Positions 46,117-57,385 of a stretch of 64,000 nt of DNA are shown here, in pieces. The notes below the pieces were generated by a model. It had not been told where the DNA came from. It saw nothing but the letters and a program-made list of their open reading frames with translations, and did no database searches. Within the stretch, counting starts at the first letter, position 1, and each line of letters begins with the position of its first letter. The translations under genes and the position numbers were made by a program. Origin of the DNA: Clostridia bacterium (lineage in GTDB: Bacteria; Bacillota; Clostridia; Oscillospirales; CAG-272); the NCBI GenBank assembly GCA_017556745.1, contig JAFYMF010000010.1, forward strand, positions 21,229 through 85,228. The letters are read 5' to 3'.

Positions 46117-47907
46117 TCACTGGAGAGAGTAGCTGAATGTGTATTGCTTGTCACCTTGTGTAACAGTAGCTTTTCCGCCATTGTAATTTACCACTGCATC
46201 AGAGAAGATGGGACATCCGTTTTTGTATAGCAGATCAATAGAGGATGTCCCGTTTCCCTCGGGTGCTTTGAGACGCAGTATTATTTCTTTTGATATGGTA
46301 CCGCTGCCGCTTTTGTTTAGCGAGATAATGGCTCCGTCTTCGGTAGTAAATATGAAATCAGTATCGGGAAGAAAATTTGAACCGAGCTTGTCTGAGGTTA
46401 TAGACATGATAACACTTCCGTCTTTTGAACTTATCTCAAACTTACCGTTATGGTATATATAACTAACTCCGGTTATCTCCATACCATTACATTCATTTGT
46501 ACCATTGTGGTAAATAACGTATTTTTTGCTTGTATCCGGCGAGAATGCGGCTATGACAGACTTCTCGGGACCTTTTGGGCTTTGCGCTTCGTAAGGTAGA
46601 AGAAAAGCTATCTCCGGAAACTTTTCAAAGAATGCCATCTCAACTTCTGCCATATATTTTTCTTTTTCTTCGGTATCATTGTAGTCGAACGTTATCTTGT
46701 TTTTATCAGGTTGGTAGATATTGACGGTATGGGGTTGTGATACCGAGACATTCATAATTGTAGAACAGTTAAACGAAGTGAACTCGTCATCAGAATATAC
46801 AATAGAGGCCTTGGAATTAAGTGTACCGTTTTTAACATCTGTGAGAATACGTAAAGGAAGATTGTGGAATTTCTTTATTCCGTACATTTCGTATTCCAGT
46901 CGGCATGTTGCCATGGTGCTGCTACGTGTTTCGGAAAATTCAGTGTCAAACAAAGATTCAAAACTAAAATATGATAATCCATCAGGAGCATCAAATCCGT
47001 ATTCTCGTATTGCATCGGTATTTGCACTCAGGAAGAAATGTCCGCTTATCTCTTTGCTTTTTTCTTTCTTTTGGTAAAATGACAAATGTAGTATATTATC
47101 GCTTACCTTGGCTTTATCAGTAACTCTATTAACGGATATCGAGAATGTGTCTGTACCATCATTACGGGTAGGAAATAAAAATTCAACAGTGATTTCGTCA
47201 TTACCGATGGAGAGAGTATAACATATCGAAAAAGGTGAACCGTCATAAAAATATGTGGTAATACACTTGATTATATCATGGTATACACTTGTATTAAAAG
47301 TGATTACATTAGCTGAGTAATATTCTATGTCTCCGTTTCTATAGTTTGAAGTTGATTCGGTCAAATATTTTTCGTCAATATCCTCTGTCATCAGAAGGAT
47401 AAGTAAATCTTTTTTTATTGCATCAAAAGATATCTTTTTTTTATTTACAAGAACTGTATCAGTAAGTGTCGGAATGAGAAGGCTGGTTTCATTTTCAATA
47501 TTGTAGTCAATAAACGCAAGTGATTCTTTGCCATAGTTGATCGTGGTGGTAGTTTGACTACTTGTGTTTTCTTTGTCTTTTAATGTGTCTACGGTTATTC
47601 TGAGAGGGAAACTTGGTTTTATCATTTCTCGTCCCAGTATCTCAAGGCGATCAATTTCCGTTATTAACTCACTTTGTGTGTGCAAACTGTATAAGAGCCG
47701 GTATATATCATTTTCATCGGCGGAAAGAGAATTGGAAATTATACCTGAAACTCTTTTTTTCATAATGTCGTGTGCTTTTATGAGCTTTTCCATTGGGTTA
47801 GTATCAGGCGTTATGAAATCACTGGTTTGTTCTAATTCCTCCGAACCGCATGAAAAGAGTAATATACTTACCAAGACGATCCCGATAATAATGAGTGATC
47901 TTTTCAT
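46117..47907 (-). CDS. lipoprotein of unknown function (596 aa)
   Basis: ATG 47905-47907 after GGAGGTG; MKRSLIIIGIVLVSILLFSC lipobox; no recognisable motifs. Confidence 0.65.
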   Translation of the reverse strand: MKRSLIIIGIVLVSILLFSCGSEELEQTSDFITPDTNPMEKLIKAHDIMKKRVSGIISNSLSADENDIYRLLYSLHTQSELITEIDRLEILGREMIKPSFPLRITVDTLKDKENTSSQTTTTINYGKESLAFIDYNIENETSLLIPTLTDTVLVNKKKISFDAIKKDLLILLMTEDIDEKYLTESTSNYRNGDIEYYSANVITFNTSVYHDIIKCITTYFYDGSPFSICYTLSIGNDEITVEFLFPTRNDGTDTFSISVNRVTDKAKVSDNILHLSFYQKKEKSKEISGHFFLSANTDAIREYGFDAPDGLSYFSFESLFDTEFSETRSSTMATCRLEYEMYGIKKFHNLPLRILTDVKNGTLNSKASIVYSDDEFTSFNCSTIMNVSVSQPHTVNIYQPDKNKITFDYNDTEEKEKYMAEVEMAFFEKFPEIAFLLPYEAQSPKGPEKSVIAAFSPDTSKKYVIYHNGTNECNGMEITGVSYIYHNGKFEISSKDGSVIMSITSDKLGSNFLPDTDFIFTTEDGAIISLNKSGSGTISKEIILRLKAPEGNGTSSIDLLYKNGCPIFSDAVVNYNGGKATVTQGDKQYTFSYSLQ

Positions 47908-48160
47908 CTCTATACACACCTCCGAGGTTTATATCTTGGTTACATTTTACTGATCAAATGTGAATAAATCAACATAACCCACATGTACCCACGGTGGGAG
48001 AAATTTGACGAAAAAAGTAACTTTTTTTATCCAAAATGGATAAAACATTGAGAATATATGGAGATCACGAATTTCGCTAAAAGTCAACCCCTTTTTTCAA
48101 AATAAGTTAAAAACGGCAAAAAGTACAAAAAAAAATATTAAAAATCGTCAGTTTTCAATA

Positions 48161-48189
48161 TTTACAGAACGAAAAAAAAGAGGTATAAT
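48161..48189 (+). promoter_or_regulatory. sigma-A-type promoter of the candidate small RNA
   Basis: TTTACA - 17 nt - TATAAT. Confidence 0.55.
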
Positions 48190-48195
48190 ATCCCT

Positions 48196-48328
48196 GCATC
48201 TGTCGCAGGCAATAGTCTGCGCCGGGTCTATACGCTGCAGCACAACAGTTCGTTTCGTAGGCGGAATATCAATCTTATGATATCAGCTCGTCGTATGAAG
48301 CATACTTGTTGTGCTTTTTCTTTTTTCT
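48196..48328 (+). ncRNA. candidate ~130-nt small RNA of unknown class
   Basis: Consensus promoter upstream. 5' hairpin CCUGC-aucuguc-GCAGG, internal hairpins AUAUCA/UGAUAU and GUAUG/CAUAC, enclosing stem AGCACAACAG (48239-48248) / CUUGUUGUGCU (48305-48315), then UUUUUCUUUUUUCUUU. Confidence 0.45.
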
Positions 48329-48467
48329 TTAATTTTAATAAAAAAAATAATAATTTTAATGTTTACTATAGAAAAAAATACAGAAATGTGTTATAATATT
48401 ATGAATTAGTGTTTTTTATCAAACGGAACCGAAAGGAGAGCGGCAAGACCGCTTCTGAATAATATAA

Positions 48468-50906
48468 ATGGCAAAATATATCGAAAAAGTAGAAAAGTTA
48501 ACTTTACCCATGATTCCGCTAAGAGGAATCGTTGCGTTTCCGTCAATTCCCGTGAGTTTTGAGTTGGTTCGTGATGAGTCTATTGCGGCTGCTTCCGCGG
48601 CAGGTAAATCAGATACATACGTATTTCTTCTTACTCAGAAAGATATCGGCATGGAAAAACCTTCTCCTGATGGCATGTACGAAATAGGAACTGTTGCAAA
48701 GATTAAACAGTCGATCAAAACCCCTGAAGGTACCGTCAGAGTAATCGTCGAAGGACTTTGTCGAGCAAATGTATTAAATATCACTAAAGTAGGTAAATAC
48801 TTTGTTGCTGATGTTCTTTCCAAGACCGTCACTGTTGATGATAACGGTGGTGTGAAGGGAGAGGCTCTTATTCGTGAGGCACAGAGAATTCTTGAAGAAC
48901 AGCTTAAGAATATGCCTGCACTTTCTGCGGATCTTTCTCTTGCTGCCAAGGCGATAAAGAATCCTGGTCTGTATGCCGATTTCGTTGCCTCAGGTGTTCT
49001 TGTTAAATTTGAGGACAAGCAGTATATTCTTGAAGAATTTGATCCTATACGCCGTCTTGAAAAGCTTGCAGTAGTTATGGAACAGGAAACAGATCTTCTC
49101 CGTATAGAAATGGACATTCACAAGCGTGTGCGTGCCCAGCTTGATCAGTCTCAGAAGGATTATTACCTCAGAGAACAGCTCAAGGTCATTCAAAGTGAGC
49201 TTGGGGAATACGGAATGAATGAGATCGATGAGTATTCGGATAACATTTACGCGGCAGGTCTTCCCGAAGAAGTAGAAGCGAAGCTTCTTAAGGAGCTTGG
49301 TAAAATGACTAAGATGCCTTATGCTTCTTCTGAAAGCTCGGTTATAAGAAATTATATTGATACTTGTCTTGAGTTCCCTTGGAAAAAGCTTTCTAAGGAC
49401 AGAACTGATATATTATCAGCAAAGAAGATTCTTGATGCAGATCATGACGGAATAGAAAAGGTCAAGGAAAGAATCCTTGAGTATATTGCGGTGCGTCAGA
49501 ATGCCCCTGAACTTAAGAATCAGACTATTTGTCTTGTGGGTGCTCCTGGTGTAGGTAAGACATCTGTTGCCGCATCCATCGCCCGTGCACTCAAGCGTAA
49601 ATACGTAAGAGTTTCTCTTGGCGGTGTCAGAGACGAGGCAGACATCCGTGGTCATAGAAAGACTTATATTGGTTCCATGCCGGGCAGAATTGCGGAGGCA
49701 CTGACTAAAACAGGTGTCAGAAATCCCCTTATTCTCCTTGATGAGATAGATAAAATGTCAAGGGATTCTCATGGAGACCCCGCGTCTGCTCTTCTTGAGG
49801 TACTTGACGGTGAACAGAATAAGTCATTCAGAGATCATTTTATGGAGCTTCCCATTGATCTTTCCGAGTGTATTTTTATTGCTACCGCAAATACTCTTGA
49901 TACCGTTCCTACTCCTCTCATAGACCGTATGGAAGTTATTGAGATGAAATCATATACCAGGTCAGAGAAGGTTTCTATAGCAAAAAATCATCTTATTGCA
50001 AAGCAGGCTAAACGTCATGGCCTTAATTTAAGACAGCTCAAGATAACCGAAGATGCGATTATAGAGCTGATAAATTATTACACACGCGAAGCGGGTGTCA
50101 GAAATCTTGAGAGAGAGATTGCATCCCTTTGTCGTAAATCCGCAAGAAAGCTTGTCGAGAGCGGTGTTAAACGTGTTGTGATCGATGGATGCGATGTCAA
50201 AGAATATCTTGGCGCACGAAGAATTATTCCCGACCGTATGGGAGAGGAAGATGTTGTCGGCGAGGTTAACGGCCTTGCTTATACCGGTGTCGGCGGAGAT
50301 GTGCTTAAGATAGAAGCAGAGATTCTTGATGGGTCAGGCAAGCTTGAGCTTACCGGTTCTCTCGGTGATGTAATGAAGGAGTCCGCAAAGGCGGCAATTA
50401 CGTACATTCGTGCAAGAACAGAAATGTTTGGCATCGAGCATGATTTCTATAAAACAAAGGATATACATATTCATGTTCCTGAGGGAGCAGTGCCAAAGGA
50501 CGGTCCTTCTGCCGGTGTTACAATAGTTACTGCTCTTGTCAGCGCGTTGTCCGGTCGCAGAGTGCGCCGTGATATTGCGATGACCGGTGAGATCACTCTC
50601 CGTGGAAATGTACTCGCGATAGGCGGACTGAGAGAAAAGTCAATGGCGGCTTATGCGATGGGCATCAGAACGATTCTTATCCCCAAGGACAATCTTTCAG
50701 ACGTTGTTGAGGAAGTTGACCGTGAGGTAAGAGAGAATGTTGAGTTCATTCCTTGTTCTAAGATTGATGACGTCCTCGCGTCAGCTTTGAGTGATTCCAT
50801 TGATTCAGCTAATTCGTTCGGTAATTCAGCGAAAAAGGATATTAACGGTGAAATCCCGGTATACATTGCTTCATCCGATAGACCTTCAGACAGTGCAAGA
50901 GGGTAA
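48468..50906 (+). CDS. lon: ATP-dependent Lon protease (endopeptidase La)
   Basis: 812 aa; LON N-domain, GAPGVGKTS Walker A, LLDEIDK Walker B, PKDGPSAG catalytic Ser. Confidence 0.95.
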   Translation: MAKYIEKVEKLTLPMIPLRGIVAFPSIPVSFELVRDESIAAASAAGKSDTYVFLLTQKDIGMEKPSPDGMYEIGTVAKIKQSIKTPEGTVRVIVEGLCRANVLNITKVGKYFVADVLSKTVTVDDNGGVKGEALIREAQRILEEQLKNMPALSADLSLAAKAIKNPGLYADFVASGVLVKFEDKQYILEEFDPIRRLEKLAVVMEQETDLLRIEMDIHKRVRAQLDQSQKDYYLREQLKVIQSELGEYGMNEIDEYSDNIYAAGLPEEVEAKLLKELGKMTKMPYASSESSVIRNYIDTCLEFPWKKLSKDRTDILSAKKILDADHDGIEKVKERILEYIAVRQNAPELKNQTICLVGAPGVGKTSVAASIARALKRKYVRVSLGGVRDEADIRGHRKTYIGSMPGRIAEALTKTGVRNPLILLDEIDKMSRDSHGDPASALLEVLDGEQNKSFRDHFMELPIDLSECIFIATANTLDTVPTPLIDRMEVIEMKSYTRSEKVSIAKNHLIAKQAKRHGLNLRQLKITEDAIIELINYYTREAGVRNLEREIASLCRKSARKLVESGVKRVVIDGCDVKEYLGARRIIPDRMGEEDVVGEVNGLAYTGVGGDVLKIEAEILDGSGKLELTGSLGDVMKESAKAAITYIRARTEMFGIEHDFYKTKDIHIHVPEGAVPKDGPSAGVTIVTALVSALSGRRVRRDIAMTGEITLRGNVLAIGGLREKSMAAYAMGIRTILIPKDNLSDVVEEVDREVRENVEFIPCSKIDDVLASALSDSIDSANSFGNSAKKDINGEIPVYIASSDRPSDSARG

Positions 50907-50933
50907 GCAAATACATTTTAGAGGATCATTTCA

Positions 50934-51524
50934 ATGAAGATAAATATTCAGAACGTCCGCCTTGCAATAAGTGCAGGCCTTTCAAAGCAATTTCCAACAG
51001 CCAAGGTACCGCAGATAGCTTTTTCCGGAAGATCAAATGTTGGAAAAAGTTCTCTTGTAAATACATTGCTTTCAAGAAAATCTCTGGCCCGTGTCAGCGG
51101 AACACCCGGAAAAACGGTAACTGTAAATTTTTATGATGTGGATTCAAAGCTGTTTCTCGTTGATCTTCCCGGTTACGGGTATGCAAAGAGAACATATGAG
51201 GAACAGAAGAAATGGTCCGAACTTACCGACGGATATTTTACTAAAAATCCTAATATTGATCTTCTCAAGCTTGTAATTCAGCTTGTTGACAGCAGAGTGG
51301 GAATAACGGATAATGATGCTGATATGATCGAGTATCTTCGCGAGTGCCGTTTACCCTATATAGTTGTTGCAACAAAGGTGGATAAGCTTAATGCAACAGA
51401 AAGAAAGAACAATATTCAGAAAATAGAAGAAGGAGCAGGCACTCTCGTAATACCTTTTTCTTCTTCGTCAGGAGTTGGCCGTGATGAGCTCTGGAGTGAG
51501 ATCATCAAGCATGCAGAGGCTTAA
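50934..51524 (+). CDS. engB: ribosome-biogenesis GTPase YsxC/EngB
   Basis: GRSNVGKSSLVN, DLPGYGYA, TKVDK motifs; conserved position after lon. Confidence 0.9.
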   Translation: MKINIQNVRLAISAGLSKQFPTAKVPQIAFSGRSNVGKSSLVNTLLSRKSLARVSGTPGKTVTVNFYDVDSKLFLVDLPGYGYAKRTYEEQKKWSELTDGYFTKNPNIDLLKLVIQLVDSRVGITDNDADMIEYLRECRLPYIVVATKVDKLNATERKNNIQKIEEGAGTLVIPFSSSSGVGRDELWSEIIKHAEA

Positions 51525-51558
51525 CACTACGCATTTTTAGAAAGGAAATTATACAATA

Positions 51559-52854
51559 ATGATAGCAAAGTGCCTTGATATAAATGAAAAAGGGCATCTT
51601 ACAGTATCCGGTGTAGATACTGTTGATATTGCCCGTGAATTCGGAACACCAACTTATATTCTCGATGAGAACACAATACGTGAGAACTGCCGAGTTTATA
51701 TTGACTCAATGAAAAAGTACTTCGGTGAGGGTTCATTTCCGCTTTTTGCAAGTAAGGCTTTATCTTTTACCGAAATATACAGAATAGTTGCCTCTGAGGG
51801 TATGGGAATTGACTGTGTTTCTCCGGGTGAGATACATACTGCATATAAAGCAGGGTATCCCATGGAAAAGGCATATTTTCACGGTAATAACAAGACAGAT
51901 GCAGATATAGAGATGGCTCTTGATGCTGGTGTCGGTTGTTTTGTTGTGGATAACCGTGAGGAGCTTGTATCCCTTAATGCTGCCGCAGGAAAGAGAGGAA
52001 TGATACAAAAGATACTTCTTCGTATTTCTCCCGGTATTGATCCGCATACCCACCGCAAGGTGGTTACCGGAAGTGTGGATTCCAAGTTCGGTACTGCTAT
52101 CGAGACCGGTCAGGCGATGGAGATGGTGAAGGCTGCAGCTGAATGTAAGAATCTTCATTTTGCGGGTATTCATTGTCATATCGGTTCTCAGATATTTGAC
52201 ATTGATCCGTTTGTTTCCGCGGCGGATATTATGTTCCGCTTTATTAAGGATATTAAGAATGAGACCGGTGTTGAGCTTGAGGAGCTTAACCTTGGCGGCG
52301 GACTCGGTGTTCCTTACGTTGATACCGATCCTGTTATTGATTATGAGGATTGTATCAGACGTATGGCAGAGCAGCTTAGGAAAACCGGAGAGTCATTCGG
52401 ACTTAAGATGCCCAAGATCATTCTTGAACCCGGCAGATCTATTGTTGCGGCGGCAGGTGTGACTCTTTACACCGTAGGCTCTTTTAAGAATATAACCGGT
52501 TACAAAAGCTATGTATCTATTGACGGCGGTATGCCTGATAACCCCAGATATGCTCTCTATAACTCACAGTACACTATTCTCGTTGCAAATAAAGCAAATG
52601 AAGAGAGAACTGTCAAGTGTACTATTGCCGGACGTTGCTGTGAGAGCGGAGACCTCATAGCTGAAGATATTATGCTCCAGACTGCAGAGAGAGGGGATAT
52701 TCTTGCTGTTCTTGTTACCGGTGCATATAATTATTCTATGGCATCAAATTATAACAAGATACCGCGTCCGCCTGTTGTAATAATCAAGGATGGTGTTCCT
52801 CGCGTGGCAGTAAAGAGGGAAACATTTGACGACCTTGTGAGAAATGATATTTAA
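51559..52854 (+). CDS. lysA: diaminopimelate decarboxylase
   Basis: 431 aa; PLFASKA (PLP Lys), HCHIGSQ, EPGRSIVA, CESGD motifs. Confidence 0.9.
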   Translation: MIAKCLDINEKGHLTVSGVDTVDIAREFGTPTYILDENTIRENCRVYIDSMKKYFGEGSFPLFASKALSFTEIYRIVASEGMGIDCVSPGEIHTAYKAGYPMEKAYFHGNNKTDADIEMALDAGVGCFVVDNREELVSLNAAAGKRGMIQKILLRISPGIDPHTHRKVVTGSVDSKFGTAIETGQAMEMVKAAAECKNLHFAGIHCHIGSQIFDIDPFVSAADIMFRFIKDIKNETGVELEELNLGGGLGVPYVDTDPVIDYEDCIRRMAEQLRKTGESFGLKMPKIILEPGRSIVAAAGVTLYTVGSFKNITGYKSYVSIDGGMPDNPRYALYNSQYTILVANKANEERTVKCTIAGRCCESGDLIAEDIMLQTAERGDILAVLVTGAYNYSMASNYNKIPRPPVVIIKDGVPRVAVKRETFDDLVRNDI

Positions 52855-52878
52855 CCGATAAATTCGGAGGGGTTATAA

Positions 52879-53577
52879 TTGAACAACACAATATTTGGTA
52901 TACTTGAATATCTGTTGTCCGTCCCTGCTGTTCTTCTTGCGCTTACCGTTCACGAGCTGTGTCACGGACTTGTTGCATATTGGATGGGAGATAACACTGC
53001 TAAAAACATGGGCAGACTTACTCTTAATCCCTTAAGGCACCTTGATCCGATTGGATTTATCTGTATGGTGCTTTGTCATTTCGGATGGGCAAAGCCGGTG
53101 CCGATAAACGCGAGAAATTTTAAAAATCCCAAGGTGGGAATGGCACTCAGTTCGCTTGCCGGGCCGGCTTCTAATATTTTGCTTGGCTTTATATTTATGC
53201 TTCTATGGCGGATATCATTTGCGATCACTTATGCATATCCCATACTTGTTCCCGGTGTCGGGATTATGAATATCGTAAATTATTTCTTTGTTTTGGCTAT
53301 GCAGATAAATATTGTTTTTGCTGTATTTAATCTTATTCCCGTACCTCCTCTTGACGGTTCAAGGATACTTTTTACATTCCTTCCGCCCAAACAGTATTTT
53401 TCGATAATGAGATATGAAAAACAGATAATGCTTGGTTTTTTACTCTTCATTATCGTTGACAGATATCTTATTTCCAATGTGATCGGGATAAGCATACTCG
53501 GTACAGTGCTCGGGTATGCGGCGAATTTTATTATAAATGCTTTCTCTCAAATAATTGATTTTATTCCTTTTCTGTAA
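52879..53577 (+). CDS. site-2 protease family (M50) membrane metalloprotease
   Basis: TTG start; HELCHG zinc motif, FNLIPVPPLDGS second motif. Confidence 0.8.
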   Translation: MNNTIFGILEYLLSVPAVLLALTVHELCHGLVAYWMGDNTAKNMGRLTLNPLRHLDPIGFICMVLCHFGWAKPVPINARNFKNPKVGMALSSLAGPASNILLGFIFMLLWRISFAITYAYPILVPGVGIMNIVNYFFVLAMQINIVFAVFNLIPVPPLDGSRILFTFLPPKQYFSIMRYEKQIMLGFLLFIIVDRYLISNVIGISILGTVLGYAANFIINAFSQIIDFIPFL

Positions 53578-53619
53578 TTTTGGTTTATACCTTACTAAAC
53601 TTTGAAAGGTGGGAGACAA

Positions 53620-54396
53620 ATGGAAACACTGACATATCGAATAGATCAGTTTGAGGGACCGCTTGATCTCCTGCTTACTCTGATCATAAAAAATAAGGTT
53701 AGTATTGAAGATATTCCGATAGCCATGATATGTGATCAATATCTTGATTATCTTGACCATTGCAGGGAAATGGATATGGAGGTTGCCTCTGAGTTTTTGG
53801 TACTTGCAAGCGAACTTGTCCTGATAAAGACGAGAATGCTTTTACCAAATCCCGAGGAAGATGATGAAGACCCTCGCGCAGCTCTTGCTGCTGCACTTCT
53901 CGAATATCAGCGAATTAAAACCGCAGTGCCTTTGTTTTCTGAATATTATGGTGTTTATAGCGGAAGATTCGTTAAGGATACTGACGAGATCCCTCCGGAT
54001 AACTCTGTTATTCAAAATCAAAGTGTGGACAAGCTGTTCGAAGCCATGAAGCGCGTTCTTTCCAATGTTAAACCTGCAGAGAACGAGGGTCGTACGTTTA
54101 TCAATCCAATAATCAAAAAGCAGATAGTTCCGGTGTCCCTCAAGATTGATCATGTAAGAAATTTGTTTTTGAAAAAAGCTAAGTTTAAGTTTATTGAGCT
54201 TTTCTACGGGGCTGAATCCAAGTCTGAGGTAATTGCTACATTTATTGCTATCCTTGAGCTTATTAAGATAGGCAGTATCGGTATTGACGAAGAATCTGAG
54301 TGTACAGACGGGGAAGAAGTTGTTCTTGTTGCAAAAAATATTGAAGAAATTGCTGACGGATATTCTTATGGAGATGAATATGACAGAAAAGAATGA
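53620..54396 (+). CDS. scpA: segregation and condensation protein A
   Basis: ATG 53620 after GGTGGGAG; QFEGPLDLLLTLIIKNKVSIEDIPI kleisin N-terminus. Confidence 0.9.
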   Translation: METLTYRIDQFEGPLDLLLTLIIKNKVSIEDIPIAMICDQYLDYLDHCREMDMEVASEFLVLASELVLIKTRMLLPNPEEDDEDPRAALAAALLEYQRIKTAVPLFSEYYGVYSGRFVKDTDEIPPDNSVIQNQSVDKLFEAMKRVLSNVKPAENEGRTFINPIIKKQIVPVSLKIDHVRNLFLKKAKFKFIELFYGAESKSEVIATFIAILELIKIGSIGIDEESECTDGEEVVLVAKNIEEIADGYSYGDEYDRKE

Positions 54397-54979
54397 AATA
54401 ATGTCGGAAGCCACCGTGGTTGAATACAGTGATGCAGAAGCGGCAATGATTATAGAAGCGGTACTTTTTGCCGCAGGATATCCTGTTACCTATACGAAAC
54501 TCGGTAAGGTTCTTAATATGGCTGAGGCAAGGGTAAAGACGATAGTGAAAAATATGGTTGAGGAATATGGAGAAGAATCTCAGAGAGGAATTATTCTTTT
54601 GGCTCTTCCTGATAGCGCTCAGCTTTGTACCAAGGAATGTTACTCGTCTCAGATAAAAGAAGCACTCGGAATAAAGCGTGGTGGAAATTTATCCGCATCT
54701 TCACTTGAGGTACTTGCCACCGTTGCATATAACCAGCCGGTTACAAGAGCGTACATTGATACCGTTCGCGGTGTTGACTCTGCTTATGCTATAAATTCTC
54801 TTTCTGAGAAGGGACTTATAGAGGCTTGTGGACGTCTTGATGCTCCGGGACGACCTGTACTGTACAGAACTACCGATGACTTTCTGCGTTGTTTTGGTCT
54901 GTCATCTCTTGATGAGCTACCCGAGGTTATGACAGAGATAACGACTGTGGATGAGAGCAGTACTAATACTGAAAATTAA
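54380..54979 (+). CDS. scpB: segregation and condensation protein B
   Basis: Start at ATG 54380 (GGAG RBS) overlapping the scpA end; IIEAVLFAAGYPVTYTKL, LEVLATVAYNQPVTRAYID. Confidence 0.9.
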   Translation: MTEKNEIMSEATVVEYSDAEAAMIIEAVLFAAGYPVTYTKLGKVLNMAEARVKTIVKNMVEEYGEESQRGIILLALPDSAQLCTKECYSSQIKEALGIKRGGNLSASSLEVLATVAYNQPVTRAYIDTVRGVDSAYAINSLSEKGLIEACGRLDAPGRPVLYRTTDDFLRCFGLSSLDELPEVMTEITTVDESSTNTEN

Positions 54980-55015
54980 GACTTTTTCAAAATCTAAATT
55001 GGAGGTGACCTATCC

Positions 55016-55738
55016 TTGGGAGTTTTGTTTGTAATTCTGCTTATTATCTCGATAATAGCATTGCTTGTTACATTTGTTCTCTTTATAAGGGTCAGGTGCA
55101 TCGTAACATATAACGGAGAGTTATCCGTTACACTTAAAATATTATTTTTTAAAATTTCAGTATACCCTGATGATCTGACAAAAATAAATATAAAGGATTA
55201 TTCACTGAAAAAAATAAAAAAACGACGGTTAAAAGCAGAGAAAGAGGCAGAAGAACTAAGGAAAACTCAAAAGAAGATAAGTTCAAGTGACGACCAAAAG
55301 AAGAAAAAATCATCTTTTTCGGATATAGTGTCCCTTGTCTCTGAAATCAAGGATATCGTTACAGCGTTTGCAAAGATATTTTTCGAGTATCTGCAAATAG
55401 ATGTTACAAAAATTGATATAGTTGTGACAGGAGAGGATGCTGCAAAGACAGCTATAACCTATGGTGCAGTATATCAAGCAGTTTCTTATATACTTGCGAT
55501 AATTGATAAAATAACCACAGTAAAATATGATAAAAAGTCTTATGTTTCGGTAAGGGCGGATTTTTTGGCAGAGAAATTTTATGCCGATATAAATATTACT
55601 TTTTCCATGAGACTTGGACAGGCAATAAAGCTACTTATTAAAAACGTGTATAGATTAGCTGGAAAACAAAAAACAGTCGGCAGTGTTCTGACCGATGAAA
55701 ATATTGAATCACTGAAAGGAAAACGAGAAAATGTCTGA
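55016..55738 (+). CDS. DUF2953-like (YtfI-like) sporulation membrane protein
   Basis: TTG start after GGAGGTG; N-terminal TM, Lys-rich linker; position upstream of the GerW/YtfJ gene as in Bacillus ytfI-ytfJ. Confidence 0.55.
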   Translation: MGVLFVILLIISIIALLVTFVLFIRVRCIVTYNGELSVTLKILFFKISVYPDDLTKINIKDYSLKKIKKRRLKAEKEAEELRKTQKKISSSDDQKKKKSSFSDIVSLVSEIKDIVTAFAKIFFEYLQIDVTKIDIVVTGEDAAKTAITYGAVYQAVSYILAIIDKITTVKYDKKSYVSVRADFLAEKFYADINITFSMRLGQAIKLLIKNVYRLAGKQKTVGSVLTDENIESLKGKRENV

Positions 55739-56156
55739 CAACAACAAAACATTAAGCGATATTATTAGATCCTCACTTGATGAGATCAGCAGCTCACTTG
55801 GTGCAGATACTGTTATAGGTACTCCTATCACAACTGAAGTGGGAACTACAATTATTCCTGTTTCAAAGGTTTCCGTTGGTATAGTTACAGGCGGTATGGA
55901 TATCAACAACAATTCGCAGAAGCTGGGCGGTGGTGCAGGTAGTGGTATTTCTGTATCTCCTATCGGTTTCCTTGTTGTTAAGGCGGACGGCAGTGTTGAA
56001 ATGCTTAGCGTAAGCAATCCGGTACCTTCCGGTTCATCTGAGCGTGATACTGTTGGTCAAATTGCCGATCTTGTTGAACGTTCACCTGAGATAATTGAAA
56101 AAATAAAAGGAATATTCTCAAAAAAGAAAGATAAAGACGAAGAAAAAGCAGAATAA
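55731..56156 (+). CDS. GerW/YtfJ-family sporulation protein
   Basis: VIGTPITTEVGTTIIPVSKVSVGIVTGG ... GGGAGSGISVSPIGFLVV. Confidence 0.8.
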   Translation: MSDNNKTLSDIIRSSLDEISSSLGADTVIGTPITTEVGTTIIPVSKVSVGIVTGGMDINNNSQKLGGGAGSGISVSPIGFLVVKADGSVEMLSVSNPVPSGSSERDTVGQIADLVERSPEIIEKIKGIFSKKKDKDEEKAE

Positions 56157-56237
56157 GCCGGTATATGTTTTGTAATAAAGCGTGTCCCTTTGCATATAGA
56201 TGATTTAAGTTTATCTTTTGAAAGGGGCGTCCCATAT

Positions 56238-57365
56238 ATGCTAAAGAGGATCTTAACTGCTCTTCTGTCATTTGTCGTTATATTTCTGTTTTTTTGTTCT
56301 TCGCCGGATATATTTGCCGCTGATAGGATTTTTGTAAGTGCTGAGTCAGCTGTGCTTATGGAGGCTTCGAGTTCGGCTGTGATATACGAGAAGAATGCCT
56401 ATACCCGAATGCCTATGGCAAGCACCACTAAGATAATGACCGCTATTGTGGCCATCGAAAACAATGATCTTGATCAGATCGTAACTGTATCTGACAAAGC
56501 GGTGGGGGTAGAAGGGTCGTCTATATACCTCTATCCGGGGGAAAAGCTGTGTATGAGAGATCTCATATACGCCCTTATGCTCGAAAGTGCTAATGATGCG
56601 GCGGCAGCTATAGCTATTGCTACTGCAGGTTCAATAGATGAGTTTGCAACCCTTATGAACCGTAAAGCCAAAGAAATCGGTCTTTTAGATACTCATTTTA
56701 AGAATCCGCACGGTCTAGATGATGAGGATCACTATACAACAGCGTATGATCTTGCACGGCTTAGCTCCTATGCCCTAAAAAATGAGTGTTTCAGAGAAAT
56801 AGTTTCTACCTACAAAAGAGTGATACCTTTACGTGATAACGAGGGATCGCGGTTGCTTCTGAATCATAATAGACTTTTGAAAAGTTACGACGGCGCAATA
56901 GGTGTAAAAACCGGATTTACAAAAAAGAGCGGACGGTGTCTTGTATCATCGGCTGAACGTGACGGAGTAACGCTTGTTTCTGTTACTCTGAATGCGCCGG
57001 ATGACTGGAATGACCATAAGAATATGCTTGACTTTGGCTTTAGGATATATGAGCGAATTTCGCTTACAGAAATCGGTAACGAACGCTTTGAACTTGCTTG
57101 TGTTAGTGGTGAACGTGATTCATTTTTCGCAAGTAACAGGGATGGTTTATCAATTATAACCGAAAAGTACGATCGGAAGATAACAAAGGTAGTAGAACTT
57201 AAACGGTTTTATTTCGCCCCAATTTCTCCTGGAGAGGTTGTTGGCCGAGTCTGCTACTACGATGGGGATGTATATCTTGGTTCTGTTGATATAACAGCAG
57301 AGGAAGGTGTTCCTGCTATAAAGAAAATGGGATTTTGGGAATATATACTGTCACTTTTCAAATGA
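56238..57365 (+). CDS. D-alanyl-D-alanine carboxypeptidase (S11, DacB/DacF-like)
   Basis: ATG 56238; signal peptide; ASTTK (SxxK), ESAND (SxN), KTGFT (KTG). Confidence 0.9.
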   Translation: MLKRILTALLSFVVIFLFFCSSPDIFAADRIFVSAESAVLMEASSSAVIYEKNAYTRMPMASTTKIMTAIVAIENNDLDQIVTVSDKAVGVEGSSIYLYPGEKLCMRDLIYALMLESANDAAAAIAIATAGSIDEFATLMNRKAKEIGLLDTHFKNPHGLDDEDHYTTAYDLARLSSYALKNECFREIVSTYKRVIPLRDNEGSRLLLNHNRLLKSYDGAIGVKTGFTKKSGRCLVSSAERDGVTLVSVTLNAPDDWNDHKNMLDFGFRIYERISLTEIGNERFELACVSGERDSFFASNRDGLSIITEKYDRKITKVVELKRFYFAPISPGEVVGRVCYYDGDVYLGSVDITAEEGVPAIKKMGFWEYILSLFK

Positions 57366-57385
57366 TAAAAACGGCGGAATAAGTA

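Noticed and set aside
48196-48328. Identification of the small RNA as SRP RNA, 6S RNA or tmRNA
   Set aside because: It lacks the SRP domain IV motif (GGAAGCAGC context) and any tmRNA tag frame or tRNA-like end. It is too short for 6S RNA. It is kept as an unclassified candidate.
48277-48396. 39-codon ORF MISARRMKHTCCAFSFFFNFNKKNNN... within and after the small RNA
   Set aside because: It has no RBS, runs through the terminator stem and U-tract, and its product is composition-driven.
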